A stretch of DNA of 64,000 nt, from positions 4,380-68,379 of the forward strand of contig CAYQVF010000009.1 in NCBI GenBank assembly GCA_964421045.1, read 5' to 3'. Below, one piece after another: positions 42,342 through 55,344 of the stretch. This DNA is from an uncultured Chromatiaceae bacterium (GTDB lineage: Bacteria > Pseudomonadota > Gammaproteobacteria > JAADHS01). Position numbers and translations under genes: made by a program. Position 1 is the first letter of the stretch. Each line of letters starts with the position of its first letter. Under the pieces are notes generated by a model that saw only the letters and a list, made by a program, of their open reading frames with translations, searched no databases and had not been told where the DNA came from.

Positions 42342-43580
42342 TTATTCTACTTTAATCAGGGGAAATTTTGCGACAATGGTCATTTTATCATCTCCCCGCA
42401 AAACAACAATAGGTAACCAGGTACCCGCTTGCATTTTTCTTACGATATCAATCACTTCGATCACTCGTTTAATTTTAATTCCGGCCATCTCAACAAAGAT
42501 ATCTCCCGCCACTAACCCCGCTGCTTGCGCCAAACTTTCATCAATAACCCGACTTATTTTTACTCCTTTTTTCGCTGATTCAATATGTACACCCAGCTTC
42601 TGCTTGCCCGAAAACCCATTTTTCGGCAGTGCAGGCATACCATAAACAGCGCTGGCAAAATCGGATGTTAACATTTCACACTCATATTCTTGTTCCCATG
42701 GAATGAGAGTCGCAACATTTTTAACACCTAAATCCGCTAATTGATGAGGCACACCAAAACCATTCATAATATGTCCGCTGCCCATAATGGCGACAACTTG
42801 ACGTTTGGGCATCGCCTTGACCAAGGTCTCAATACCGTGAGCCATAGCACGATCCCACAACTGCTGCCCTTGGACAAATCGTTGAAAACCACTGTCCTTT
42901 TTCAATTTATCCAGATCTAATTTTTTTGATTTTTTTCCATCTGTTGATGCACCATGATGACCATGTAACGAATAAGTAGACGCGAGCATCTCTAAATAAG
43001 CATCGCCAGGACTGGCCGGATCACGAATCCCATCTCTTTCGGATTTAGGAATATTAAACCAACCTCTCTCTTTTACTTTTTTCTTTAAGGTTTGTTCCAC
43101 ATTAATACCATATAGGGGTATATTATTCATGCGTGCGAATCGCAAGATAGGAAGATAAAGTTCGGCATCAAATTTCCAATATTCATACCACTTTGACTCT
43201 TTAAGAAAAGTTTCTTCGTTCGTCTCTCCCCTTACCCATCGATCTAATGCGGGCTGCGCACTCCGAGGTAACATTTCAAGACCTATCGCCAGGGCTGAAC
43301 TCTGACCATACAAAGCGGCTATTGTTGCCAGTTCCCAATCATGATGGAGTACGCTGTCATGAAATTCACCTAACAACACAACCTGGTTCGTGGCCAGATT
43401 TTTTATGATCTCCGGTGTAGAGCGCTGCTGATTTTTTTTTGCGGTTTGCCAAATATAAGGTGGCACACAAATTTCTTGTTCACTCGTATCCGATATAGCC
43501 ACGGTGGGCATCATAACCATCATCAACATACACAAAAGTACACCGCCTGTGCCAAACCCTGGTTCAAATGTCCTTAGCAT
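42342..43580 (-). CDS. ChaN/Tiki/TraB-superfamily (haem-binding-uptake-like) protein with C-terminal PDZ domain
   Basis: 412 aa with an N-terminal hydrophobic segment. It has a GEFHD motif (VVLLGEFHDSVLHH) and a later GSGHI motif, as in the Tiki/ChaN/PrgY fold. The C-terminal ~90 aa are PDZ-like (GVKISRVIDESLAQAAGLVAGDIFVEMAGIKI...). Confidence 0.55.
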   Translation of the reverse strand: MLRTFEPGFGTGGVLLCMLMMVMMPTVAISDTSEQEICVPPYIWQTAKKNQQRSTPEIIKNLATNQVVLLGEFHDSVLHHDWELATIAALYGQSSALAIGLEMLPRSAQPALDRWVRGETNEETFLKESKWYEYWKFDAELYLPILRFARMNNIPLYGINVEQTLKKKVKERGWFNIPKSERDGIRDPASPGDAYLEMLASTYSLHGHHGASTDGKKSKKLDLDKLKKDSGFQRFVQGQQLWDRAMAHGIETLVKAMPKRQVVAIMGSGHIMNGFGVPHQLADLGVKNVATLIPWEQEYECEMLTSDFASAVYGMPALPKNGFSGKQKLGVHIESAKKGVKISRVIDESLAQAAGLVAGDIFVEMAGIKIKRVIEVIDIVRKMQAGTWLPIVVLRGDDKMTIVAKFPLIKVE

Positions 43581-43648
43581 CCTATGTCTTCCCTTAATTT
43601 AAGTGGCAATCTGCTGGCTCATTTTGATGCTCATTAAGCCTTTCCCCC

Positions 43649-43685
43649 CTGGGACACCGTCAAGGCTATTTTGACGGTGTCCCAG
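43649..43685. promoter_or_regulatory. Perfect 15-bp inverted repeat CTGGGACACCGTCAA-N7-TTGACGGTGTCCCAG upstream of the envelope operon and downstream of cysG
   Basis: Seen directly; it is preceded by a C7 tract. No adjacent U-run occurs on either strand, so it is a candidate operator or RNA stem-loop rather than an intrinsic terminator. Confidence 0.45.
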
Positions 43686-43818
43686 TGTAATCTCCTTGAC
43701 TAGTTTACCTTAAACAGCCAAACTCAGGAGGCGACAAAACCAAATAAGGAGAAAACTTAATAAATTGAAGTTGAATAGGTCAACACCTCATGTCTAGGCG
43801 TATTGCAAGAACGGCTTT

Positions 43819-45213
43819 CTAACCGCGATGTTTCAGATTAAACCAGGCCAGTTGATGATGTAGCTTAACCACATCACCGACAATAATGAGCGTGGGTGCA
43901 TGAACTTTTGCCTGAGCAACGATCTCGGCCAGACTGGCCAGTGTACCGCTGAAAACACGTTGCTTACTGGTGGTGCCTTGCTCAATCAAAGCGGCAGGAC
44001 GGGTAGCGGGCGCACCATGGGCTTGTAAGGCGGCACAAATGATATCTACGCCCTTTAAGCCCATATAAATAACGACGGTTTGCTGAGGTTGTGCGAGCAT
44101 AGACCAATTGAGATTAATGCTACCATCCTTAAGTTGCCCGGTGACGAAGCTAACGGATTGAGCATAATCTCTATGGGTCAGCGGTATGCCGGCATAGGTG
44201 GCGCACCCTGAGGCCGCCGTGACACCCGGGACAACTTGAAATGTAATATTATTTTCGGCTAACAGGGCAATTTCTTCTCCCCCTCGACCAAAAATAAACG
44301 GGTCACCGCCTTTCAGACGTAATACCCGCTTCCCTTCTCTAGCCAGATCAACCAGAGTTTGATTGATTTCTCCTTGCTGCATAGCATGATTTGCCCGATG
44401 TTTACCGACATAAACCCGCTCTGCATCGCGGCGTACCAAATCCAATATTTCGCTTGAAACCAACCGATCATAGAGCACAATGTCAGCCTGTTGCATTAGC
44501 CTCAGGGCTCGAAAAGTCACCAAATCCGGGTCTCCAGGGCCGGCACCCACTAAATAGACTTCACCTGTCGTTGACGCCAAGGTAATGTCATTATTCAGCT
44601 CAGCATGCAACGCCTGGCGCGCCTGTTCTTCTCTACCTGAAAAAACCAGCTCAGCAACCGATCCACTTAATACTCGTTCCCAAAAACGTCGGCGTTCAAC
44701 AGTTTCACTAAAACGTAATTTAACGTGCTCTCTGAACGTACCCAACAGACCGGCCAATTTTCCATAGGCCGTCGGAATCATCGTTTCCAGACGGGCACGT
44801 AACAAACGCGCTAAAACCGGTGAAGTGCCTCCGGTTGAAACAGCAATTAATACCGGGTCGCGCCTGACAATAGAAGGCACCGTAAAAGTACACAAATCAG
44901 GACAATCAACCACGTTAACTGGAATATAACGAGCGGTAGCAGTACGAGCGACGAGTTGATTAACCTGTTGGTCATCCGTTGCGGCAATAACCAGAACGAT
45001 GCTATTGATGTCTTCTGGAGAAAATTTTCGCGCATGGTGTTTGATCTGCTGCTGATTCAATGCCATTTGCAAGCGACGACAAAGTGCAGGAGCAACAACC
45101 GTAACTTGTGCCTGGGACTGCAATAACAAGTTAATTTTTCGTGCTGCAACTTCACCGCCGCCAATAATCAAGCAGGGTTGATCCTTGACTTTGAGTGTAA
45201 TGGGGAAATGCAT
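43819..45213 (-). CDS. cysG: Siroheme synthase (uroporphyrinogen-III C-methyltransferase / precorrin-2 dehydrogenase / ferrochelatase)
   Basis: 464 aa with an N-terminal NAD-binding dehydrogenase part (LIIGGGEVAARK). The C-terminal methyltransferase part has VYLVGAGPGDPDLVT and a conserved tail. Confidence 0.88.
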   Translation of the reverse strand: MHFPITLKVKDQPCLIIGGGEVAARKINLLLQSQAQVTVVAPALCRRLQMALNQQQIKHHARKFSPEDINSIVLVIAATDDQQVNQLVARTATARYIPVNVVDCPDLCTFTVPSIVRRDPVLIAVSTGGTSPVLARLLRARLETMIPTAYGKLAGLLGTFREHVKLRFSETVERRRFWERVLSGSVAELVFSGREEQARQALHAELNNDITLASTTGEVYLVGAGPGDPDLVTFRALRLMQQADIVLYDRLVSSEILDLVRRDAERVYVGKHRANHAMQQGEINQTLVDLAREGKRVLRLKGGDPFIFGRGGEEIALLAENNITFQVVPGVTAASGCATYAGIPLTHRDYAQSVSFVTGQLKDGSINLNWSMLAQPQQTVVIYMGLKGVDIICAALQAHGAPATRPAALIEQGTTSKQRVFSGTLASLAEIVAQAKVHAPTLIIVGDVVKLHHQLAWFNLKHRG

Positions 45214-45221
45214 AGCGATCT

Positions 45222-46499
<1,278 letters not shown>

Positions 46500-46566
46500 T
46501 TACCTCTTTTTAGCATATGATATTAAAAAATGAGCACGGAATAACTTCCCATTTTAGCGCCCACTC

Positions 46567-46875
46567 CTAACTCATGTTTACATTAGCATCCCACCAGATC
46601 ATATGTCGGGGCTTAATCTTTTCTGCGATGTGTCCTACTATTTTTTTTACTTTATCGGGTTCGTCAAAAAATTCAACGACGATAGGCAAGTCAAAAGATA
46701 AGCTAACCAAGTGACTGTCATGCACGATACCGGATTCACCAAAACCAGATATACCCCGAAAAACGGTGACGCCCTTAACTTTTTCTCTATCATGCAATCG
46801 TTTGAGTAAAGATTCAATATTTTTGTCTTTTTCAGAAAAATAAACGCGTACTATGCTTATTTGTGTCATCTTCAT
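46567..46875 (-). CDS. DUF190 (PII-like) protein, usual partner of CrcB
   Basis: The likely start is MKMTQISIVRVYFSEKDK; the protein is about 100 aa. The ISGFGESGIVH-type segment and its position immediately downstream of crcB match the known DUF190-crcB pairing. Confidence 0.6.
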   Translation of the reverse strand: MKMTQISIVRVYFSEKDKNIESLLKRLHDREKVKGVTVFRGISGFGESGIVHDSHLVSLSFDLPIVVEFFDEPDKVKKIVGHIAEKIKPRHMIWWDANVNMS

Positions 46876-47246
46876 AATCGCCTCGCCAGCGCCACGCCCA
46901 GGGCGGCAAACAAAATACACACCACCACGCTGAGTACAATATTCAGTGCGGCTTTAGTATAAGCCTCCTGATTTATGAGCGTAAGAGTTTCCATTGAAAA
47001 AGTAGAAAAAGTAGTAAAACTACCTAAAAAACCAACAATAATCGCTGCGCGTATTTCTGGCCCCACATTAATGCGTTCTAATAATAAAACAAACAAAAAC
47101 CCCATAAAGAAAGAACCAATCAGGTTTACAGCTAAAGTGCCATAAGGGAAACCCCGTCCGAGTATCGTATAAATACTATTGGCGAGAGCATATCGTGCGA
47201 CGGCACCCAGCGCACCGCCCCCGGCAATCGCTATCCAAGTCAGCAT
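46872..47246 (-). CDS. crcB: Fluoride ion channel CrcB (Fluc)
   Basis: The likely start is the Met at 47246 (MLTWIAIAGGGALGAVARY). The protein is about 125 aa with 4 TM helices and the typical GFLGSFTTFSTFS motif. Confidence 0.85.
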   Translation of the reverse strand: MLTWIAIAGGGALGAVARYALANSIYTILGRGFPYGTLAVNLIGSFFMGFLFVLLLERINVGPEIRAAIIVGFLGSFTTFSTFSMETLTLINQEAYTKAALNIVLSVVVCILFAALGVALARRL

Positions 47247-47256
47247 AATTTGCTCG

Positions 47257-48603
47257 TCATGAGGAATAGCGTTTATTCTGAGATTGTTGATCGAGTGCTT
47301 GCAAACGTGTGAGTTTGTCACCAATTTTAATTTCCAGACCTCTCGCTACGGGTTGGTAATATTGTCTGCAAGACAAGGCTTCAGGAAAATAATTTTCACC
47401 GGCCGCATAAGCATCCGGCTCATCATGCGCATAACGATAGTCTTTACCCTGACCCAACTCTTTCATTAAACGAGTTGGTGCGTTACACAAATGAGGGGGA
47501 ACAGGATAAGAATGATGCGCTTTGACATCAGCAAGCGCTTGTTTATAAGCCATATAGACCGCATTGCTTTTAGGTGCGCTGGCCAGATAAATGACGGCCT
47601 GAGCAAGTGCAAGCTCCCCTTCCGGGCTACCGAGTCGCTGCTGTACTTGCCAGGCATCCAGAGACAGAGCCAAAGCACGCGGATCTGCATTACCAATATC
47701 TTCACTGGCCATACGTACTATACGTCGAGCTAAATAAAGCGGATCGCAACCCCCATCCAGCATACGACATAACCAATACAAAGCGGCATCGGGTGCCGAA
47801 CCGCGTACTGCTTTATGCATAGCTGAAATCTGATCATAGAAGGCATCGCCTCCTTTATCAAAACGGCGCTCACCGCCACTTAACAAGTCGTCGAGTAAAG
47901 CATCACTAACCGTCTGCACTTCTGTGGCAGGTTCCAACAAATCAGAAAGTATTTCCAATAGATTTAAAGCCCGTCTTGCATCGCCATCGGCGCGCAAAAT
48001 GAAACGTTCCATCTGTTCATCAGACAAAGTAAGACGGTGTTGCCCCAGCCCTCGTTTTTCATCGCTTAATGCGCGCAAAATAATCTTGCGTAACTCGGCT
48101 GGCTGAAACGCTTTTAATACATAGACGCGAGCGCGTGATAATAAAGCATTATTCAACTCGAAAGAAGGATTTTCTGTGGTCGCACCGACAAAAACTAAAG
48201 TGCCATTTTCCACATAGGGCAAAAAGGCATCTTGCTGAGACTTGTTAAAACGATGCACTTCATCGACAAATAAAACCGTCCCTCGGTTTTCATCTTGACG
48301 TAAGCGTTTTGCTTTTTCCACCGCAGAACGAATGTCTTTCACGCCAGCCAATACCGCAGACAACGTTAAAAAAGCGGCATCAGTTTGCTGTGCAATCAAG
48401 CGAGCCAGAGTTGTTTTGCCTGTTCCTGGCGGCCCCCAAAAAATCATTGAATGAATGCGTTCTGTCGTCAAAGCCTGACGCAAAGGTTTGCCCTGGCCAA
48501 GTAGGTGTGACTGTCCACAAAATTCGTTTAAATTTTGCGGCCGCATGCGATCTGCGAGGGGACGCCCTATATTATCCAAGTCGTTGTTTTGACCGGATGT
48601 CAT
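47257..48603 (-). CDS. rarA: Replication-associated recombination protein A (MgsA/RarA)
   Basis: 448 aa with Walker [10 protein letters not shown] and Walker [12 protein letters not shown]. It lies in the ftsK-lolA-rarA-serS block. Confidence 0.92.
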   Translation of the reverse strand: MTSGQNNDLDNIGRPLADRMRPQNLNEFCGQSHLLGQGKPLRQALTTERIHSMIFWGPPGTGKTTLARLIAQQTDAAFLTLSAVLAGVKDIRSAVEKAKRLRQDENRGTVLFVDEVHRFNKSQQDAFLPYVENGTLVFVGATTENPSFELNNALLSRARVYVLKAFQPAELRKIILRALSDEKRGLGQHRLTLSDEQMERFILRADGDARRALNLLEILSDLLEPATEVQTVSDALLDDLLSGGERRFDKGGDAFYDQISAMHKAVRGSAPDAALYWLCRMLDGGCDPLYLARRIVRMASEDIGNADPRALALSLDAWQVQQRLGSPEGELALAQAVIYLASAPKSNAVYMAYKQALADVKAHHSYPVPPHLCNAPTRLMKELGQGKDYRYAHDEPDAYAAGENYFPEALSCRQYYQPVARGLEIKIGDKLTRLQALDQQSQNKRYSS

Positions 48604-49226
48604 GGCCCAAATACATCAACATCATCTGGCGGAGTAAAAACAAAAATGTTCTTCTCCAGCTCAGGATTACTCTGCACCTGTGTAAATATCAGCTCAGTCT
48701 GATTCCCTAAACTGTCTCCGAGCAACATCTTGCTGAGTACCCCGTTCTGAAAAGCCAGCTTAATCAACAAAAATGTGGCCTCTTTTTGCTTGGGAATCAA
48801 TTCTACCCAGGCTTCTTCCCCTTTCATCCCTAAATCATTAATCAGGAAATTTTTATCTATTGGCACATCAGAAGCCAACATCTGTGCGGGCGTATTATCG
48901 ATTGCTGCACCCTGGTGTTTTACCGTAACTTGATCCAGGTCGGGTTCATAAATCCATATTTTTGTACCATCACCAACAATAACTTGCTCATACGGTTTTT
49001 GATAGTTCCAACGAAATTGATCAGGTCGTGCTAAATAAACTATACCTGAAGAGCTTTGAATTTTATTCGCACTGTCATCAACGACTACCTGGCTGAATTG
49101 GGCTTTGAATGTCTTGACCTTGGAAAAAAACTCAGCAAGCCACGCCGCTCCCTGGCCGGCTTGCGCGGTCGTCGTAATGACTATAAATAAAACAAAAATA
49201 GCAAAAATAGCTCTACAAAATTTCAT
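48600..49226 (-). CDS. lolA: Outer-membrane lipoprotein carrier protein LolA
   Basis: 208 aa with a signal peptide. Its position between ftsK and rarA is conserved, and its beta-rich sequence fits LolA. Confidence 0.8.
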   Translation of the reverse strand: MKFCRAIFAIFVLFIVITTTAQAGQGAAWLAEFFSKVKTFKAQFSQVVVDDSANKIQSSSGIVYLARPDQFRWNYQKPYEQVIVGDGTKIWIYEPDLDQVTVKHQGAAIDNTPAQMLASDVPIDKNFLINDLGMKGEEAWVELIPKQKEATFLLIKLAFQNGVLSKMLLGDSLGNQTELIFTQVQSNPELEKNIFVFTPPDDVDVFGP

Positions 49227-49259
49227 TATGAATGACTTGATCCGTTGTTTTTTGACGAT

Positions 49260-51551
49260 CTATTTTTCAGGAGGTGGTGGCGCTAATACTTCGCGCGAGC
49301 CATTCGACTGTACCGTACCAACAACGCCTGATCGTTCCATTTCTTCTACCATTCGCGCTGAGCGATTATAGCCAATTTTAAGACGGCGCTGAATACCAGA
49401 AATGGAGGCTCGGCGACTTTCTGTGACAATCCGTACCGCCTGATCATAAAGCTCATCAACCTCTTCGCCCCCATTCAGCATGACATCTCCAGAAGCGGCG
49501 TCGAAACTGCCGTCCATGAGCCCTTCTATATAATTAGGTTCACTCGATTTTCTTAACTCATTCACAACATTATGTACTTCATGATCATCAACAAAAGCAC
49601 CATGGACGCGAGTCGGCACTGCAGTACCCGGCGGCAGGTACAACATATCACCATGCCCTAAAAGCTGTTCGGCACCCATTTGGTCTAATACAGTTCGAGA
49701 ATCGATGCGCGATGAAACCTGGAAAGCAATACGAGTAGGAATATTGGCCTTAATTAAACCCGTTAAGACATCAACCGAAGGACGTTGCGTAGCAAGGATA
49801 AGATGAATACCGGCCGCACGTGCTTTTTGCGCTAGTCTGGCGATTAACTCCTCTACTTTTTTACCTACGACCATCATCATATCAGCCAATTCATCGACAA
49901 TGACAACGATATAAGGTAGTGGATCCAGATAAATTGTCTCACCATTTTCATTATCAGTCGGCGTAACCGGATTAACAATAGGCTCGCCCGACTTAATGGC
50001 ATCATTTACTTTGCGATTATAACCAGCGATACTTCTTGTTCCCATGGCGGCTAATAAACGATAACGATTATCCATTTCGGCAACACACCAACGTAACGCA
50101 TGCGCTGCCTCTTTCATATCGGTCACCACCGGAGTCAATAAATGCGGAATACCTTCATAGATAGAGAGCTCCAACATTTTAGGGTCAATCATAATCGTGC
50201 GCACTTGATCCGGCCTAGCATTATATAACAAGCTCAATACCATCGAGTTCAGGGCAACCGACTTACCCGAACCGGTCGTACCTGCAACCAGCAAATGTGG
50301 CATTTTCATCAAATCCACCGCAACAGGATGTCCACTAATATCTTTCCCTAAGGCCAAAGTTAAAGGCGAGTCCACTTTGGAAAAAACACGACTGGAGATA
50401 ATTTCACTTAAGCGAACGATTTCTCTGTGTTCGTTTGGTATTTCCAAGCCAATATAAGATTTACCAGGAATCACTTCCACCACACGAACGCTGATTACCG
50501 CCAAAGCACGCGCGAGATCTTTTGCCAGGTTAGTGATCTGACTGACTTTAACACCGGCTGCCGGTTGCAATTCAAAGCGTGTAATCACCGGCCCTGGATG
50601 CACCGCTATGACCGCCACCTCAATATTAAAATCGAGCAATTTAAGTTCAACAAGCCGCGAAATAGCTTGCAATTCATCCTGGCTTTGCCCTTTTTTATGC
50701 TCAGAAGGTTTATCTAACAACGATAGAGAAGGTAGCGTATCATCACGAAAATCAGAAAATAGGTCTTGTTGTTTATCCTGTTCAGCTCGTCGGCTTAATT
50801 TTATTTTTTTCAGAATAGGTTGAGTTTTTCGTTCCGGCTGATCTCTCTTTTGAGTGATGACTTGGGTCGCTTTTTCTTGCTCAGCAATAACCTTTCTATC
50901 TGCAAGATAATCTCGTAACCTGTCTTTGCCATCTAAAATTTGTTCATAGGTTTTTAAAACCCACTCACCAATGGCCTCCATGAGCCAAAACCACGACAAG
51001 CCTGTAAAGAGGGTAATGCCTGCTAAAAAAAGGGCAAAGAGCAGAACCGTTGCACCCACGATACTAAACGGTTTAATTAATACCGCCGCGAGCCATTCAC
51101 CCAGCATGCCCCCAATACCCACAGGAAGTTCTGCCGCAATGTGAGAAAAATGCATGCCTGCCAATGCGGTACCCGCAAAAATGAGCAAAAGAAAACCACT
51201 GGCTCGAAAAACAAGCGTTAAATCCGCCACTGGTTTTGCATCGCCTCTATTTTTATAGAAGTATCCGCCGCCATATAACAAAGTAAGAGGAAACAAATAA
51301 GCAAAGCCACCAAAAAAATAATACGATACATCGGCAAACCAGGCACCCACCCATCCTGCTGCATTTGCCACTTCGTCATTCAAGCCACTATGTGACCATG
51401 CCGGGTCTTCAGGTTGATAACTGATCAAGGCAATAAAAATGAAAGTGACCACCGCCAGAACAACGAGTAAGACGCCCTCACGAACCCCCCGTACGAGTTG
51501 TGCAGAAACCACCGGTTTCGCTTTATTTCGAGTTGCTTGTGCCAAGCGCAT
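49260..51551 (-). CDS. ftsK: DNA translocase FtsK
   Basis: 763 aa with N-terminal TM helices and a linker. The motor domain has Walker [11 protein letters not shown] and Walker B-like [11 protein letters not shown]; the motifs fit FtsK/SpoIIIE. Confidence 0.92.
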   Translation of the reverse strand: MRLAQATRNKAKPVVSAQLVRGVREGVLLVVLAVVTFIFIALISYQPEDPAWSHSGLNDEVANAAGWVGAWFADVSYYFFGGFAYLFPLTLLYGGGYFYKNRGDAKPVADLTLVFRASGFLLLIFAGTALAGMHFSHIAAELPVGIGGMLGEWLAAVLIKPFSIVGATVLLFALFLAGITLFTGLSWFWLMEAIGEWVLKTYEQILDGKDRLRDYLADRKVIAEQEKATQVITQKRDQPERKTQPILKKIKLSRRAEQDKQQDLFSDFRDDTLPSLSLLDKPSEHKKGQSQDELQAISRLVELKLLDFNIEVAVIAVHPGPVITRFELQPAAGVKVSQITNLAKDLARALAVISVRVVEVIPGKSYIGLEIPNEHREIVRLSEIISSRVFSKVDSPLTLALGKDISGHPVAVDLMKMPHLLVAGTTGSGKSVALNSMVLSLLYNARPDQVRTIMIDPKMLELSIYEGIPHLLTPVVTDMKEAAHALRWCVAEMDNRYRLLAAMGTRSIAGYNRKVNDAIKSGEPIVNPVTPTDNENGETIYLDPLPYIVVIVDELADMMMVVGKKVEELIARLAQKARAAGIHLILATQRPSVDVLTGLIKANIPTRIAFQVSSRIDSRTVLDQMGAEQLLGHGDMLYLPPGTAVPTRVHGAFVDDHEVHNVVNELRKSSEPNYIEGLMDGSFDAASGDVMLNGGEEVDELYDQAVRIVTESRRASISGIQRRLKIGYNRSARMVEEMERSGVVGTVQSNGSREVLAPPPPEK

Positions 51552-51576
51552 GCCTCTATATTTTATACCTATAGCG

Positions 51577-51640
51577 TTATGTTGTAGGTGTTTTCACGCA
51601 CCTCTGCACGCGCTAACACTCACAACATAACCTTAATGGG
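51577..51640. terminator. Nested inverted repeats (GTTATGTTGT ... ACAACATAAC; AGGTG...CACCT) between ald 3' end and ftsK 5' end
   Basis: Seen directly: a 10-bp perfect inverted repeat with a ~36-nt spacer. It is a candidate ald terminator or ftsK regulatory region. Confidence 0.3.
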
Positions 51641-51661
51641 TATATAAAATTAAAAATTTAA

Positions 51662-52744
51662 TCATTTTTGAGGTGCAAACCCCAAGCTCTTAATTAATCC
51701 CGGATGCCGCAACGCCCCCCCTTGAATATTAATTCCAGCAGTCAGCTCTGCATTATCGATCCAATCGGCCTGAGCTAAGGCGCTGACATAAGGAATTAAT
51801 GATGCAGACAAGGCCTGCGATGCCGTTTTAGGAACCGCACCTGGCATATTCGTTACGCAAAAATGAACGACGCCATCCATTTCGTAGGTTGGATTCTGAT
51901 ACGTCGTTGGCCGGGTTGTAGCGACACACCCGCCCTGGTCTACCGAAATATCAACAATCACACTGCCCGGTTCCATGCTGGCGACCGTTTCTTTGTCGAC
52001 CACATGAGGCGCTCGCTCACCGGTCACCAACACCGCACCAATAAGCAAATCCGCAGAGTTAACTTCAGCCTTAATCTGGTCGGCATAAGGATAAAGACCG
52101 GTGACATTATCTCCCAAGGCTCTTGCTGCAGCCAGTTTGTCTCGATTATAATCGAAAACCACAACGGTTGCGCCTAATGATGCCACTACCGTAGCCGCAT
52201 TATAACCGGCAACTCCAGCACCGACTATCACTACTTTACCACGCTCAGCCGCAGGCAAACCACCCAGCAGCAAACCTTTTCCACCCAAAGACTGGTGTAA
52301 ATAATGACAACCCGCTTGAGCGGCGATACGCCCGGCAATATCACTCATAGGCGCTAATAAGGGTAAGCGACCCAGAGGATCTTCAACGGTTTCAAATGCC
52401 AGCGCCGTCACACCACACTTCATTAGCGCTTGCGCTAAGCCAGGTTCTGCCGCCAGATGCAAGTAAGAAAAAAGGATTTGATCCGGTCGCAACATCGCCA
52501 CTTCAGCGGGCTGCGGTTCTTTCACTTTCACAACGATTTCCGATTCACCATACAAAGCCTTGGCACTGGGCATAATACGAGCCCCCAGCGCCTGATATTG
52601 ACGATCAGCATAGCCACTCATCAAACCGGCATTTTGCTGCACCAATACCTCATGCCCTTGCCCCACCAACTCTGCAACCGCAGCAGGGATAAGTGCCACA
52701 CGACCTTCCATGGTTTTAATTTCTTTTACAATTCCAATGCGCAT
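51662..52744 (-). CDS. ald: Alanine dehydrogenase
   Basis: The real start is probably the Met at 52744 (MRIGIVKEIKTMEGRVALIP), giving about 360 aa. It has the NAD-binding VVIVGAGVAGYNAA motif. Confidence 0.85.
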   Translation of the reverse strand: MRIGIVKEIKTMEGRVALIPAAVAELVGQGHEVLVQQNAGLMSGYADRQYQALGARIMPSAKALYGESEIVVKVKEPQPAEVAMLRPDQILFSYLHLAAEPGLAQALMKCGVTALAFETVEDPLGRLPLLAPMSDIAGRIAAQAGCHYLHQSLGGKGLLLGGLPAAERGKVVIVGAGVAGYNAATVVASLGATVVVFDYNRDKLAAARALGDNVTGLYPYADQIKAEVNSADLLIGAVLVTGERAPHVVDKETVASMEPGSVIVDISVDQGGCVATTRPTTYQNPTYEMDGVVHFCVTNMPGAVPKTASQALSASLIPYVSALAQADWIDNAELTAGINIQGGALRHPGLIKSLGFAPQK

Positions 52745-52771
52745 TGTTGTCCTTTTCCTTATTACAATTAG

Positions 52772-54186
<1,415 letters not shown>

Positions 54187-54199
54187 ACCTACCTGATTA

Positions 54200-55333
54200 A
54201 TGAATTGCCAAATTATTTCATCTCTTGCTGAAGTCCATGCCCAACAGTGGGATGCTTTAAACACTGCGCGTTATCCTTTTATAAACTATGCCTTTTTACG
54301 TACACTTGAAACTGAAGGTTGCGTGGGTTCGCATAGCGGCTGGTATCCACAATATATTGTTGCGTATAGAGAAGGACTGTTAGTAGGCGCACTGCCTATG
54401 TACTTAAAAACACACTCATGGGGAGAGTTTGTTTTTGATTTTGCCTGGGCAGAGGCATACCACCGATCAGGCTTAAGCTACTACCCTAAACTGGTTATCG
54501 CAGTTCCTTTTTCACCGGTTACCGGGTCAAAATTACTGGTACAACCCAGTGCCAGCCGCGCCCAAATCACATCCATCATGATCGACACCGCCATCAAACA
54601 TGCTAAAAAATACCATATATCGTCTATTCATGGCCTCTTTCTCAACCAGGAAGACTGTAATACATTTTTGTCAGCGGGCTTCATCAAACGTTTGGGATAT
54701 CAATTCCATTGGAGCAATCAAAACCAGACATGCTCATCCTTTGACGATTACTTAAACCGCTTCAACGCCAAACAAAGAAAAAATATAAAAAGAGAACGGC
54801 GACGTATTCAGGAGATGGGCGTTTCTTTAAAAATGATTGAAGGTCAACAAATGAATGAGGCTCTATGGTTACAATTTTATCACTTGTATAGCAGTACATG
54901 CCGTAGAAAAGAAGGCATGCCCTACCTCAACTTAAACTTTTTTAAAGAACTCAATACACGAATGAGTTCTGCTATTGTTTTAGCAGTTGCTATGTTAAAA
55001 GATGAAATTATTGCGATGTCTTTTTTTATAAAAACACATCATACTTTATATGGCCGTTATTGGGGGTGTTCAGAACAATATGATAGCTTGCATTTCGAAA
55101 CCTGTTATTACACACCAATAGAATATTGTATTCGCAACAACCTTCTTCATTTTGATGCTGGCGCTCAAGGAGAACATAAAATAAGCCGAGGGTTTATGCC
55201 CGTACCCACACTTTCTGCACACTGGATTAATCACATAAAACTGCGTCCTGCTATTGAGAGTTTTTTAGATGAAGAAGCCTGCTATATTATAGAGCGCTTA
55301 AATAAACTCAAACAATGTGCGCCGTTTAACTAA
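54200..55333 (+). CDS. GNAT-fold N-acyltransferase (COG3146 / FemAB-like PF04339 family), uncharacterised
   Basis: 377 aa. Its size and pattern resemble the proteobacterial BioF2-like/FemAB-like acyltransferase family, and it lies immediately upstream of aat. Confidence 0.45.
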   Translation: MNCQIISSLAEVHAQQWDALNTARYPFINYAFLRTLETEGCVGSHSGWYPQYIVAYREGLLVGALPMYLKTHSWGEFVFDFAWAEAYHRSGLSYYPKLVIAVPFSPVTGSKLLVQPSASRAQITSIMIDTAIKHAKKYHISSIHGLFLNQEDCNTFLSAGFIKRLGYQFHWSNQNQTCSSFDDYLNRFNAKQRKNIKRERRRIQEMGVSLKMIEGQQMNEALWLQFYHLYSSTCRRKEGMPYLNLNFFKELNTRMSSAIVLAVAMLKDEIIAMSFFIKTHHTLYGRYWGCSEQYDSLHFETCYYTPIEYCIRNNLLHFDAGAQGEHKISRGFMPVPTLSAHWINHIKLRPAIESFLDEEACYIIERLNKLKQCAPFN

Positions 55334-55344
55334 AATTTAATTTT

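Noticed and set aside
46872-47330. A fluoride riboswitch expected upstream of crcB
   Set aside because: crcB begins inside or overlapping the rarA 3' end, so there is no non-coding leader in which a crcB RNA motif could reside.
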